Assembly (NCBI GenBank): GCA_963806485.1
Contig: CAWDXY010000001.1
Coordinates: 192,599-256,598 of the forward strand
Origin: an uncultured delta proteobacterium
GTDB lineage: Bacteria; Desulfobacterota; Binatia; Binatales; Binataceae
Direction: 5' to 3'
Length of the DNA stretch: 64,000 nt
Shown: one piece after another, positions 53,738 to 63,597 of the stretch
How the letters are laid out: each line of letters begins with the position of its first letter
Numbering within the stretch: the stretch's first letter is position 1
Made by a program: the position numbers and the translations under genes
The notes under the pieces: model-generated
Databases searched by the model: none
What the model saw: only the letters and a program-made list of their open reading frames with translations
Told to the model about the DNA's origin: nothing

Positions 53738-53824
53738 AGGCTGGGGGTGTGCGTAACACGCACTGAGAGCTCCTGCGGGAGAACCCCTCGAACCTGATCC
53801 GGGTAATGCCGGCGTAGGGAAGCC
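53738..53824 (+). ncRNA. TPP riboswitch
   Basis: GGGGTG...CTGAGA...ACCC.CGAACCTGATCCGGGTAATGCCGGCGTAGGGA consensus, upstream of thiS. Confidence 0.95.
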
Positions 53825-53886
53825 AACGGCGCAACGTTCGCGGCTGCGCCTGGGCCGCTTCCCCACACCAGGGAAGCGGCTCAATA

Positions 53887-54105
53887 ATGCCGGACTCCAT
53901 CGCAACTTCAATCACACTCAACGGCGACCCATACCCGCTCCACGCCGACACTCCGCTAACCGCACTGCTTGAGCGCCTCAACATGCGCCGCGGCCGCGTG
54001 GCCGTCGAGATCAACCGCGAGATCGTGCCCAGGGCAAATTACGACGCGACGATCGTGAAGGCGGGCGACCACGTCGAGATAATCAACTTCGTCGGCGGCG
54101 GCTGA
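53887..54105 (+). CDS. thiS: Sulfur carrier protein ThiS
   Basis: VAVEIN.EIVPR, GD.VEII.FVGGG C-terminus. Confidence 0.95.
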   Translation: MPDSIATSITLNGDPYPLHADTPLTALLERLNMRRGRVAVEINREIVPRANYDATIVKAGDHVEIINFVGGG

Positions 54106-54122
54106 GTGCCGTTACTAAGGGC

Positions 54123-54914
54123 ATGGACACTAAAAATATGCAGGACACTTCATTTGAGTTGGGCGGAAAGAAATTCAAGTCGCGGCTCATCGTCGGCACC
54201 GGCAAGTATCGCGATTTCGCCGAGACCAGGGCGGCGGTCGAGGAAAGCGGCGCCGAGATCGTGACGGTCGCCGTGCGGCGCGTGAACATCACCGACCGCG
54301 GCGAGGAAAATCTGCTCGACTATCTCGATCCCAAGCGCTACCAGATTCTTCCCAACACCGCCGGATGCTTCACCGCCGACGAGGCGATTCGCACTTGCCG
54401 CCTCGCGCGCGAGGTCGGAGTCGGCGAGTTGGTCAAGCTCGAGGTGATCGGCGACAAGCAGACGCTTTTCCCCGACGTCGCCGCAACGCTCGAAGCGGCC
54501 CGCGTCCTCGTCAAGGAAGGATTCAAGGTGATGCCGTATGTCACTGACGATCCCGTTACCTGCCTGCGGCTCCAGGAGCTCGGATGCGTCGCAGTGATGC
54601 CGCTGGCGGCGCCGATTGGCTCAGGCCTTGGAATCCGCAATCCATTCAATCTCGCGATCATCATCGAGCAGGCCAAGGTGCCGGTGATCGTCGATGCGGG
54701 CGTCGGCACCGCGTCCGACGCCGCCGAGGCGATGGAGCTCGGATGCGACGGTGTGCTGATGAATACCGCTATCGCGGGCGCGAAAGATCCAATCGCGATG
54801 GCGCGCGCGATGAAGCTCGCCGTCGAGGCCGGCCGCCTCGCGTATCGCGCCGGCCGAATCGAGCGCAAGCTCTACGCGACCGCGTCGAGCCCGCTCACCG
54901 GCCTCATAGGGTAG
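54123..54914 (+). CDS. thiG: Thiazole synthase
   Basis: [46 protein letters not shown]. Confidence 0.97.
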   Translation: MDTKNMQDTSFELGGKKFKSRLIVGTGKYRDFAETRAAVEESGAEIVTVAVRRVNITDRGEENLLDYLDPKRYQILPNTAGCFTADEAIRTCRLAREVGVGELVKLEVIGDKQTLFPDVAATLEAARVLVKEGFKVMPYVTDDPVTCLRLQELGCVAVMPLAAPIGSGLGIRNPFNLAIIIEQAKVPVIVDAGVGTASDAAEAMELGCDGVLMNTAIAGAKDPIAMARAMKLAVEAGRLAYRAGRIERKLYATASSPLTGLIG

Positions 54915-54920
54915 CCGAAG

Positions 54921-55598
54921 TTGTCGTCGCGGCCGCGCGTCAGCTTTCGGCTCTATCTCATCACCGATCGCCGCGTCGTCAGGAATGGCGATCTCGTCGC
55001 GGCGTGCGAGGCCGCGCTAACTGCGGCGCCGCCCGGCGTGGTCGCGTTGCAACTCCGCGAAAAAGATTTACCCGCGCGCGAGCTCTACGAACTGGCGCTC
55101 CGCCTTCGGGAAATCTGCACGCGTGCCGGCGCGCCGCTGATCGTGAACGATCGCGTCGACGTGGCAATCGCATCGAATGCCGACGGCGTCCATCTTCCAT
55201 TCGATTCCATCGGCGTGAGCATGGCGCGCAAGCTGCTCGAGCCCACTCGACTGATAGGAGTATCGAGTCACTCGCCTCCCGACGTTGCCGGCGCCGCGCG
55301 CGAGGGCGCCGACTTCGCGGTCTTCGGCCCTATCTTCGACCCGCTATCCAAGCCCGCCGCCCGGCCGGCGTGGGGTGCGAGCGGCCTCAAGGCGGCCTGC
55401 GGCGCGGGCGCGATTCCGGTCTACGCACTCGGCGGCATCACGCCCGATCGCGCGCGCGAGTTGTTCGCATCAGCGGATCTGACGGCACGGCCCGCCGGAG
55501 TCGCGTCGATCGGCGCGATATTTGCCGCCGATTCTCCTGCGCTGACTACTGCGGCGATGCTGTCTGCCCTGAACGCGTCGTCGACTCGCCGGCAATGA
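54921..55598 (+). CDS. thiE: Thiamine phosphate synthase
   Basis: LYLITD, QLREK, IVNDRVDVA, GVHL, GVSSH, ALGGI. Confidence 0.88.
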   Translation: MSSRPRVSFRLYLITDRRVVRNGDLVAACEAALTAAPPGVVALQLREKDLPARELYELALRLREICTRAGAPLIVNDRVDVAIASNADGVHLPFDSIGVSMARKLLEPTRLIGVSSHSPPDVAGAAREGADFAVFGPIFDPLSKPAARPAWGASGLKAACGAGAIPVYALGGITPDRARELFASADLTARPAGVASIGAIFAADSPALTTAAMLSALNASSTRRQ

Positions 55599-56451
55599 CC
55601 GATTTTGCCGCGTCGAGCAGAGTATCGGCCCTCGGCAGTTCGCGATAGTACGGCGACGTAAAGATCCATCGCACGACTCCATCTCGATCGACGACAAAAA
55701 ACGCCGGTATCGCGTTGTCGGGCTCGCCGTTGCGATGATGTTGCACGAGGCCGAGCGGGGCGAGGATCGATTCGCCGTTGTCACTCAGCAGCGGGATTTT
55801 CGTGCGAAGAAAACCCGCGAGCATTTTCGATCGTTCGAGCTGATCAGTGCTGATGGCATACACGTCGACGCCGGCGCGCTGAAAATCGTCCGCGTGTGCG
55901 GTTAATTCGGCGAGCTCGAAGCGCGCGAACGGATCGAAGTCTCCGCGATATACATAGATCAACGTGGCCGGCGCATCGACGGGTCCAATGCGAACCGAGT
56001 CGGTCTGATCGGGGAGTTTGAAGCCGGGGAACTGCTGTCCGACCGCGATCTTCAGCGTGAACGGCGGATTCACCGTTACGCGCATCGCGTAGCTGACGAA
56101 TCGCCCGCCGCCCGCGCCAACGACGATGCATGCCAGGAATGCGAACAGGCCGAAGCCGAGCTTGGAGTGCGGCGAAGCGAGCCCCAGCGCGAGCCGCAGT
56201 GCCGCGATCGAGAGCACAATCGCGGAGGCCAGTATCGCGAACGCGGGCCACGGAATTCGTTCGTGAATGCCCATCCACGGCACCGACCAGAACGACACCA
56301 GCACGTATTCGTAGAGCGCGAAGCCGCACGCGATCAGGACGACCGAGCCGATCGCCCGGAGCGGCTGAAATGGTGGCGTGACCCAGGGCTCGTCGTAGAA
56401 CTCCGGCGCGGCCTCTTCGATGTGCGGCTCGACCGGTTCCGATGGAGCCAT
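55546..56451 (-). CDS. Membrane-anchored AhpC/TSA-like redoxin lacking active-site cysteines
   Basis: Three TM helices, then VGQ.FP.FKLPDQ...YRGDFDPFA...AISTD...LLSD...PAFFVVD.DG.VRW; start overlaps the upstream stop (TGATG). Confidence 0.75.
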   Translation of the reverse strand: MAPSEPVEPHIEEAAPEFYDEPWVTPPFQPLRAIGSVVLIACGFALYEYVLVSFWSVPWMGIHERIPWPAFAILASAIVLSIAALRLALGLASPHSKLGFGLFAFLACIVVGAGGGRFVSYAMRVTVNPPFTLKIAVGQQFPGFKLPDQTDSVRIGPVDAPATLIYVYRGDFDPFARFELAELTAHADDFQRAGVDVYAISTDQLERSKMLAGFLRTKIPLLSDNGESILAPLGLVQHHRNGEPDNAIPAFFVVDRDGVVRWIFTSPYYRELPRADTLLDAAKSVIAGESTTRSGQTASPQ

Positions 56452-57086
56452 CAGTTGAGCATCTGCAGCTTCAACTCGCCGAAAGAAATCAGCTCGACGC
56501 CTTCCTGCTGCAATTTCTCGTTGAAGGTCGGGGATTCGCCGCCGATGACTGCGATCGCGTCGCGTACCAGGTGGAGTTTCGGGCCGACACCGATGAGCGC
56601 GGTGATCCCGCGCTCGACGCACGCCTCGGTGTACACGCCGTACATCACGATGTCCTGGTAGGGGCGCAGGACGAGCCGCAGGATCGCGCTCAAGTGCGGA
56701 CTGCCGGCAAGCTTCTCGAACTCCTGGCGGCGAAAGACGATCTCCCCTGTGTGATCGAGGATCTTTTGAATTTCGTCGGTGGAGTATTCCTTGTTTTCCA
56801 GCATGAGCGGATTGAGCGGCTGGGTCTCGTCGATCTTTTGCTGGCCGGGCGTACCCGCCATGCAGTGATCGGGATACTGTCCGCCCCAACTCTTCAGCTG
56901 CGGGTCGCCGGGGACGTGGCAATCGACCGAGCAGACGATGCGCACATTCTGATCGCGAGCGAGATCGGTAATCGCCTTCCACACCGGCACGAGCTTCTCC
57001 GCGCCCTCAATGTGGAACTTGCCGTCGTGCAGGATGAAGTCGCGCTGCGTGTTGATGTCGTAGAAAATTGTCTTTTCGGTATTCAT
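56451..57086 (-). CDS. Isochorismatase / nicotinamidase-like cysteine hydrolase
   Basis: DINTQRDF, D.H, YPDHCMAGT.G, GVYTEACV. Confidence 0.82.
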   Translation of the reverse strand: MNTEKTIFYDINTQRDFILHDGKFHIEGAEKLVPVWKAITDLARDQNVRIVCSVDCHVPGDPQLKSWGGQYPDHCMAGTPGQQKIDETQPLNPLMLENKEYSTDEIQKILDHTGEIVFRRQEFEKLAGSPHLSAILRLVLRPYQDIVMYGVYTEACVERGITALIGVGPKLHLVRDAIAVIGGESPTFNEKLQQEGVELISFGELKLQMLN

Positions 57087-57090
57087 GCGA

Positions 57091-58008
57091 TCAGAAATGT
57101 TCTGGTTCGTGCTGGCGGCGATTGTCGCATTCGAGCTGCAGAGTCAGATGGTGGATGTCGAACTTGGTTTGCAGCAGACTGCACATCTCGGCGAGCACTC
57201 GATCGCGATCCGCGTCGGCCGCGACCACCGCATGCGCCGAAAGCGCGATCTGGCGGGTCGTCAGGCACCAGACGTGCAGGTCGTGAACTTCCCTGGTGCC
57301 GGTGACAGCGAGCAGGTCCGTGCGCATTTCGTCGAGGTCGATGTGCCGCGGCACCGATTCCATCAGGATGTCCACGCCCTCGCGCACCAGGCCCCACGAA
57401 CCATAGAGCACCAGCACTCCGATCAATATGCTCACGGCGGGGTCGGCCTGCATCCATCCGGTGAAATAGGTGAGCGCGCCGGCGGCCAGCACGCCAACCG
57501 ATCCAACGAGGTCGGAAATGACGTGAACGAATACCGCGCGCATCGCCATCCCAGTCTTGTGCCCGCCGTGCGGGTCGGTCGAGGTCATCCACGCGGAGAA
57601 GGTGTTTACGCCGATTCCGATGAGTGCGATTGCCATCACACCCAAGCCTGAAACCGGGCGCGGGTCTCGCAGACGGCCGAACGCTTCGATCCAGATGAAG
57701 ACCACGAGCACCCACAGGAACAGGCCGTTGAGCAGAGCGCCGAGGATTTCCGCGCGGAGATAGCCGTAGCTTTTCGCCGACGACGCCGGCCGCCTCGAGA
57801 TCCATAGCGTCAGCAGGCCGAGGCAAAGCGCCGCGATGTCCGTGAGCATGTGGACCGCGTCGGAAAGCAGGGCCAGGCTGCCCGTCAGATAACCGCCGAT
57901 GAGCTCGGTGAGGAAATAAACCGACGCGACGCCGAGAACGATCAGAAGGCGGCGCTGATCCGAATCCGGATTCGCATGCGGCGCGTGATTGTCCGTCGAG
58001 GTCGGCAT
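57091..58008 (-). CDS. Cation diffusion facilitator (CzcD/ZitB-like)
   Basis: SLALLSDAVHMLTD, YGY.RAE, HVISD, VHDLHVW, H.TLQLE. Confidence 0.93.
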   Translation of the reverse strand: MPTSTDNHAPHANPDSDQRRLLIVLGVASVYFLTELIGGYLTGSLALLSDAVHMLTDIAALCLGLLTLWISRRPASSAKSYGYLRAEILGALLNGLFLWVLVVFIWIEAFGRLRDPRPVSGLGVMAIALIGIGVNTFSAWMTSTDPHGGHKTGMAMRAVFVHVISDLVGSVGVLAAGALTYFTGWMQADPAVSILIGVLVLYGSWGLVREGVDILMESVPRHIDLDEMRTDLLAVTGTREVHDLHVWCLTTRQIALSAHAVVAADADRDRVLAEMCSLLQTKFDIHHLTLQLECDNRRQHEPEHF

Positions 58009-58011
58009 CGC

Positions 58012-58533
58012 TCAATCATAGTGTATCAGCGAGAAGCAGTTGACCGGCGCGAGGCGCTCGCGTCCCTTGAGCGCGTCGAGCTCGACCACGAACGCGCATC
58101 CGATCACGTTTCCACCGATCTTCTTGACCAGTTGCAGCGCCGCGGCCGCCGTGCCCCCCGTCGCCAGCAGGTCGTCCACCAGCAGCACGCGACCCGAGCC
58201 TTTGAGCGCGTCCTGATGGATCTGCAGCGACGCGCTGCCGTACTCGAGATCGTACGCCTGGTCGTAGGTGTGGAACGGGAGCTTGCCCGGTTTGCGTGCG
58301 ATCGTCAGGCCCACGCCCAGTCGATACGCGACCGGTGCGCCGACGATAAAGCCGCGCGACTCGATTCCGAGCACGGCGTCGACTTTCCCGAGGTAAGGCT
58401 GTGCCAACTGATCGACCACCGCGGCGAAACCGCGCGCATCGGCGATCAGCGGCGTAAAGTCCCTGAACATTATCCCCGGCTTGGGGAAGTCCGGAATGTT
58501 ACGAATCAGTTTTTTGATTTCTTCTACGGTCAT
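58012..58533 (-). CDS. apt: Adenine phosphoribosyltransferase
   Basis: IPDFPKPGI.FRD, ESRGF, RKPGKLP, LEYG, VDDLLATGGT. Confidence 0.97.
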   Translation of the reverse strand: MTVEEIKKLIRNIPDFPKPGIMFRDFTPLIADARGFAAVVDQLAQPYLGKVDAVLGIESRGFIVGAPVAYRLGVGLTIARKPGKLPFHTYDQAYDLEYGSASLQIHQDALKGSGRVLLVDDLLATGGTAAAALQLVKKIGGNVIGCAFVVELDALKGRERLAPVNCFSLIHYD

Positions 58534-58587
58534 CGTTGATTTCCATCGCACTGCTCTCAGGATTCTCGCGTGCGGTGGTCAACGATA

Positions 58588-59340
58588 CTAGCTGCCGCCG
58601 GCCGCGGCAAAGCTGATGCCGCCGGAAGTTGCGGGCTCGGGCAGAAAGGCGAGCGGATCTCTGGCGACGTTGTCGCGGCGCACCTCGAAGTGGAGATTGG
58701 CGCCGGTCGTGCGCCCGGAGCGTCCGATCTCGCCGATCTGCTGTCCACACGCGACCCGCGCGCCCTCGCTGACGAGGTTGCGCTCGTTGTGAGCGTAGAC
58801 CGTCGCGTAACTATCGTCGTGGCGAATGATCACGGTGTTGCCGTAGCCGTGCAGGGTGCCAGAAAAAATCACCACGCCGCTATCGGCGGCGAGCACTGGC
58901 GTGCCGGCCGGGGCCGCGATATCAACGCCGGAGTGCATCGCGCCGTTGCGGATTCCAAATCCCGACGACACCACTCCCTGCGCCACAGGCCACTGGAATT
59001 GCCGCGATTCGCGCTCTCCCGTGTACGGATGCACCCCGCGCGACGCGAACCCCATCGACGCGGCCCGATACGCACCCGGAATCGTCAGGACCTGGCCGAC
59101 GCGCAATTCGCGCGGATCGCTGAGCCCGTTGGCCGCCATCAAGCGTCCGACGCCGACGCCAAATTCGTTTGCGATACGGTAAAGGGTGTCGCCCGCGACG
59201 ACGACGTGAGTGACAGGGCGCTGCGAAACGGCGGGAATAGAGGTCGAAGGCGGCGAGCTGTCACCGCATCCCGCCAGCGCGATCAACGATGCCAGCGCAA
59301 GCGCCACGCTCGCGCGCAGAATCCACTGTGTCCCTGTCAT
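58588..59340 (-). CDS. nlpD: LysM + M23 lipoprotein (NlpD-like)
   Basis: LAGC lipobox, LysM (GDTLYRIA), HSGVD, YAH, HLHFE; downstream of pcm. Confidence 0.85.
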   Translation of the reverse strand: MTGTQWILRASVALALASLIALAGCGDSSPPSTSIPAVSQRPVTHVVVAGDTLYRIANEFGVGVGRLMAANGLSDPRELRVGQVLTIPGAYRAASMGFASRGVHPYTGERESRQFQWPVAQGVVSSGFGIRNGAMHSGVDIAAPAGTPVLAADSGVVIFSGTLHGYGNTVIIRHDDSYATVYAHNERNLVSEGARVACGQQIGEIGRSGRTTGANLHFEVRRDNVARDPLAFLPEPATSGGISFAAAGGS

Positions 59341-59415
59341 CCCCCGCTCGATCACATCATCCGCCGTCCGTCACCGCCTCGCACCGCATCCTGCGGGCCG
59401 CGAATTATCAGTGCG

Positions 59416-60063
59416 CTAATGCTGAAAGCCGAGCTTGCCGGTCATCTTCACGAAGCGGCACTCGCCGAAATATTCCTCGCTCCAATGACCCGTCTTGTGG
59501 CTGATGCGCACCAGGGTCTGGAGGTCGTCTTCGCCGATCGGCGCGATCAAGCTTCCCTGCGGAGTCAATTGATTCAGCAGCGGGAGCGCGATTCCCGGCA
59601 TCGCCGCCGTCACCATCACGACGTCGAAGGGCGCCTCCTCGGGCCATCCGTCCGAGCCGTCGGCGCATCGGAGACTGATGTTGCTGAAGCCCATCGAGTT
59701 GAGAATCACGCCGGCGCGATCGTTGAGATGTGGATTGAGCTCGACGGAATAGACGGTGCGCGCGAGGCGCGCGAGCACCGCGGTCTGATAGCCCGACCCG
59801 GTGCCGACTTCGAGAACTTTCTCGGCACCCGTGAGCTCGGCGACCTCGCTCATCAGAGCGACCATGTACGGTTGCGAAATAGTCTGCGAGTCGCCGATCG
59901 GCAGCGGGCCGTCATCGTAGGCGTGCTCGTGAAGTTCGGCGGGAAGGAATCGATGGCGGGCGACGGTGCGCATCGCGGCGAGCACGCGCGGATCTTTTAT
60001 CCCGCGGCGTTCGAGTTGCTCGAGCACCATCCGCGCGCGCGCGTTTTCCAGGTCTGTCGCCAT
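59416..60063 (-). CDS. pcm: Protein-L-isoaspartate O-methyltransferase
   Basis: QTISQPYMVA, VLEVGTGSGYQ.A, APFD, CRFV. Confidence 0.95.
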   Translation of the reverse strand: MATDLENARARMVLEQLERRGIKDPRVLAAMRTVARHRFLPAELHEHAYDDGPLPIGDSQTISQPYMVALMSEVAELTGAEKVLEVGTGSGYQTAVLARLARTVYSVELNPHLNDRAGVILNSMGFSNISLRCADGSDGWPEEAPFDVVMVTAAMPGIALPLLNQLTPQGSLIAPIGEDDLQTLVRISHKTGHWSEEYFGECRFVKMTGKLGFQH

Positions 60064-60165
60064 CGCTAGCGCCATTATACAGATACGCCCGCCAACGATT
60101 AAGGTATCACGAGAGGTCGCCGCGGCGGCGGATTCCGTCACTTTTGGTACGTGGGAGACACCACA

Positions 60166-60921
60166 ATGCCGTTTTTCGATTCAGCGGGCGTCCGGATTCA
60201 CTACCATGACGCCGGCGCCGGCGAGGCCGTCATCCTGGTGCACGGCTTTGCTTCCATGGCGGACCACAACTGGGGCGGCACCGGGTGGATTGCGATGCTG
60301 TCGGCGAAATATCGCGTGATCGCGCCCGACGTGCGCGGGCACGGGCTCAGCGACAAGCCGCTCGCGCGCGAGGCGTACGGCTACGCGAGCATGGGAGCCG
60401 ACGTGACGCGCCTGATGGACCATCTTGGCATCGCGCGCGCGCTCCTGATGGGCTACTCGATGGGCGCGAGCATCGCGATCGAGCTGATGTTGTCGCATCC
60501 GGACCGCTTCCGCGCAATCGTCCTGGGCGGAATCGCGTACGACGACGGTTTGGAAGACAAAGCCGATCGCGATGCGATCGCCGAGGCATATCGCGCCGAC
60601 GATCCGGCAACGATTAAGAGTGCCGTAGCGAAGGCGTACCGGCGATTCGCCGAGTCGATGCCCAACGACCTGAAGGCGCTGGCCGCGCTGATCGACGCCG
60701 AGCGGTCGCCGTTCGATCCCGCCAAACTCGCGGCAGTGCGGCTGCCGGTGCTGATCGTAGTAGGAGCCAACGACAACGCGATCGGCGATCCGAAGCCGCT
60801 CGCGAAGATGATCCCGGCAGCGCGCCTGTTGATGCTCGAAGGCCGCGACCATATGACCGCCCCGGCAGACCAGCGGTTCAAGGAGGTCGTCCTCGAGTTC
60901 CTCAGCGCCGCGCCGCGCTAG
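60166..60921 (+). CDS. Alpha/beta hydrolase
   Basis: LVHGF, D.RGHG.S, GYSMG nucleophile elbow, GRDH. Confidence 0.92.
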   Translation: MPFFDSAGVRIHYHDAGAGEAVILVHGFASMADHNWGGTGWIAMLSAKYRVIAPDVRGHGLSDKPLAREAYGYASMGADVTRLMDHLGIARALLMGYSMGASIAIELMLSHPDRFRAIVLGGIAYDDGLEDKADRDAIAEAYRADDPATIKSAVAKAYRRFAESMPNDLKALAALIDAERSPFDPAKLAAVRLPVLIVVGANDNAIGDPKPLAKMIPAARLLMLEGRDHMTAPADQRFKEVVLEFLSAAPR

Positions 60922-61197
60922 TGCAGCGGTGGAGCGCCTCTTCATTTGGCATTGCACAAAAAACTTGCAGCAAGTATGACTGCGAGTCGACGTCGGATAA
61001 CCGTCTCAGAACAATTCGGAAACTGCCGGCTCCTTTTAGTATGTTGCAGAAAGAAATCCATCATCTTGTATGATGCATTGTCGATGAACGGACCATAGTT
61101 CGTATAAGACTCGCTGGCATTTCATTTTGTAATGCTATCAACACCTCGCTGCTAGCCCACCTTTCTCGCTCTTTTTACCACTCGAACGACCGCTTGG

Positions 61198-61213
61198 TGG
61201 CATAGTTCCTGCT
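61198..61213 (+). promoter_or_regulatory. Putative sigma54 (-24/-12) promoter of the APC permease
   Basis: TGGCATAGTTCCTGCT has GG-N10-GC spacing; NtrC-like box TGCAC-N7-TTGCA upstream at 60953-60969. Confidence 0.5.
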
Positions 61214-61316
61214 GCCGTCCGCGCAAGAGCGATTGGCGATTGCTGATCACTCACATAGAAGCACGCGGGGACTTTAGTGCAACGCGCAATGATGCGCCCA
61301 ACACAAAGGTGTAAGG

Positions 61317-62978
61317 ATGGCCGAATCAACAGAAGCTAAGATGCAACCGACACTGGGACTAACCGGTGTCACTGTCAACGCGATGGCGCTGATCGCGCCG
61401 GGAGCGTTCCTATGGATCACCTTCGTGGTCCAGGCCGGGTACTCCTACCCCTCGGGAATGTCGATGTGGGCAGGGATTCTGGCCGCATTGGCGCTCGCCT
61501 TCGCGACTGCGGTCTCATACTCGGAGCTGGCGAAGCTCTACCCCGGCGCCGGAAGCTCCTACCTGTTCGCCGAGCAGGCGTTCCTCAACCATTCGAAGAA
61601 CTTCAGGTTCGCGCGAATGGCTAAATTCGTTCTCGGATGGGGTTCGCATCTCTATTACTGGGTCTATCCGGGCGCGATGGCCGCCACCATCGGCATCATG
61701 ATCGGCTACATCGTTGGCGTCTTTTTCCCTGACAGCATCAACTCCGGGACTCCCGGTCCGGTCTTCATGGCGCTGGTCGCGATTATCTCCGCTTTTGCGA
61801 TCTCCTACATCGCGTACAGCGGAGTCCAGGCGTCGACGGTGACAAACCTCGCGATCAACGCCATCCAGATCCTGGCGCTGCTTTTCTTCAGTGTGATGGC
61901 GATCTCGTATCGCTTCGGGCATCCGGAAGGCTCGACGGGAATGGCGCTCGACGGCACCAAGAAGGTGTTGCACTATGCTTTCAGCGGAGACGCGCCAGCG
62001 CATCCCTCCGCTTGGTCGGTCGTAGCACCGCATGGCTTTAACAGCGTGATGCTGCAGGCGACGATCGCAATCTTCCTGCTATGCGGATTTGAATCCATTA
62101 CCTCATTGGGCGAAGAGGCGAAAAATCCGAAGAAGGACATCGCCCGCGGCGTGCTGCTCTCCCTGCTCATCCAGGGCCTGATCATGTACATGTTCGAATA
62201 TTTTGCCGCGAACTACTTTATGAGCAGCGCCTACAGCCTGAACGACGCGAAGGGATCGGCAGCGCCCATCGGCGACATGATGGTGATAATCGGGAACTCG
62301 ATGCTGGGCGGCCATGGACAGGCCTTCATGGTTCTCGAAGCCATCACTGTGTTCCTGGCCCTGATCGGCACAACGTTGGCCTGTATCAACACCGGCGCGC
62401 GCGTGACCTACGCGATGGGCCGTGACAAAGAGGTGCCGGAACACTTCGGTCTGCTGCACGGCGAAAACCTCACGCCACATCGCACCATCTGGACGCTCGC
62501 AGTCGTCTCCGCGATATTCGGGGCAATCGGCGCCCTCTATTACTTCGCCGGCGGCTCAGCTCCCGACGATAAAACTATCGCCACCCTTCCGCACAACATA
62601 TGGTACGCAGCCGGGATGAGCTCCAACGCGTACCTGGCAGCACTGCCCAACGGCCTCGCGCTGGTCACGCTGATATCCAACTTCGGCATCTTCATCACTT
62701 ATGGCCTGACCAACGTGATTTGCATGATCGCCTATCAGGAACGCCACGAATTCCACGGCCTCAAACACATGGCGATTCCCCTGTTTGGCGCGGTCGCGAA
62801 TCTCGCCTGCATGGCATTCTACATCATCGGTCCGATTGAGGGCCTGGGCAGTGCCAAGGAACCGCTGATGGCGGTTGCGCTCGCCGTTGTATGGGGAGTG
62901 TACGGGGCAATCTATTTCGCGCGGAACTCCAAAAAGCTCGGAAGGGATACGCTCTCGGCCAAAGCCAATCCCGCCTGA
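61317..62978 (+). CDS. APC family amino acid/amine permease
   Basis: About 12 TM helices; SYSELA..YP.AGSSY, GFES...LGEEAKNP..DI.R, RV.YAMGRD...P. Confidence 0.92.
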   Translation: MAESTEAKMQPTLGLTGVTVNAMALIAPGAFLWITFVVQAGYSYPSGMSMWAGILAALALAFATAVSYSELAKLYPGAGSSYLFAEQAFLNHSKNFRFARMAKFVLGWGSHLYYWVYPGAMAATIGIMIGYIVGVFFPDSINSGTPGPVFMALVAIISAFAISYIAYSGVQASTVTNLAINAIQILALLFFSVMAISYRFGHPEGSTGMALDGTKKVLHYAFSGDAPAHPSAWSVVAPHGFNSVMLQATIAIFLLCGFESITSLGEEAKNPKKDIARGVLLSLLIQGLIMYMFEYFAANYFMSSAYSLNDAKGSAAPIGDMMVIIGNSMLGGHGQAFMVLEAITVFLALIGTTLACINTGARVTYAMGRDKEVPEHFGLLHGENLTPHRTIWTLAVVSAIFGAIGALYYFAGGSAPDDKTIATLPHNIWYAAGMSSNAYLAALPNGLALVTLISNFGIFITYGLTNVICMIAYQERHEFHGLKHMAIPLFGAVANLACMAFYIIGPIEGLGSAKEPLMAVALAVVWGVYGAIYFARNSKKLGRDTLSAKANPA

Positions 62979-62995
62979 CCAAATCTGTGCCTCCG

Positions 62996-63064
62996 CCGTG
63001 CGAGTCGGCCTCACCACTAAAGGTTTTACGGGAACCGGTGGGACGACTCGCACGGTCTTTTTTT
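62996..63064 (+). terminator. Intrinsic terminator after the APC permease
   Basis: 12-bp stem ccgtgcgagtcg / cgactcgcacgg with a long structured loop, followed by tcttttttt. Confidence 0.6.
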
Positions 63065-63195
63065 CGTCCCTGAAATCAAGCCACTGTAGCTCTGGAACCA
63101 GAAGGGCGCTGCCATCTGCCTTTGTGTGAGTTTCTTGAGCGCGAAGCACTTTGAGCTTACAGTCGGTCGAGGCTCGAACCCGAGGTTTTTTTGTG

Positions 63196-63597
63196 ATGGC
63201 AAAATCCAAAGTCATGACTCTCTCCGACGTTCACGTTCACCTCCGTCCTCGCGGCTCGGCGGAGTTCCTCCCCAAAGATTTCAGCAACGTCACGAGGCTT
63301 GCCCACACGATGGTCTGGGATCCCGCGGTGGACGGCCTCCTTTGGGGCGAGAGCCGGCAAGACCAGAGCGGCGATCATGGCGGCGAACGCCATCTCGACG
63401 CCGACGAGGTTCTCTACCTCATCTCCGGCGCCTTTCGGCTGTCGCTGGAGCTTGACGACGGCCCGGCGGAGGTCCCGGTCAAGGCTGGCCAGGTGGTCAT
63501 CGTGCCGCAGGGAATCTGGCATCGCCTGCTCGTCGACGAGCCCTGCCACTATCTATACTTCGGCGGCGGCCGCACCGAGATACGCCGTCCCGCCTGA
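63196..63597 (+). CDS. Cupin domain protein
   Basis: ERHLDADEVLYLISG and AGQVVIVPQGIWHR cupin motifs. Confidence 0.88.
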   Translation: MAKSKVMTLSDVHVHLRPRGSAEFLPKDFSNVTRLAHTMVWDPAVDGLLWGESRQDQSGDHGGERHLDADEVLYLISGAFRLSLELDDGPAEVPVKAGQVVIVPQGIWHRLLVDEPCHYLYFGGGRTEIRRPA

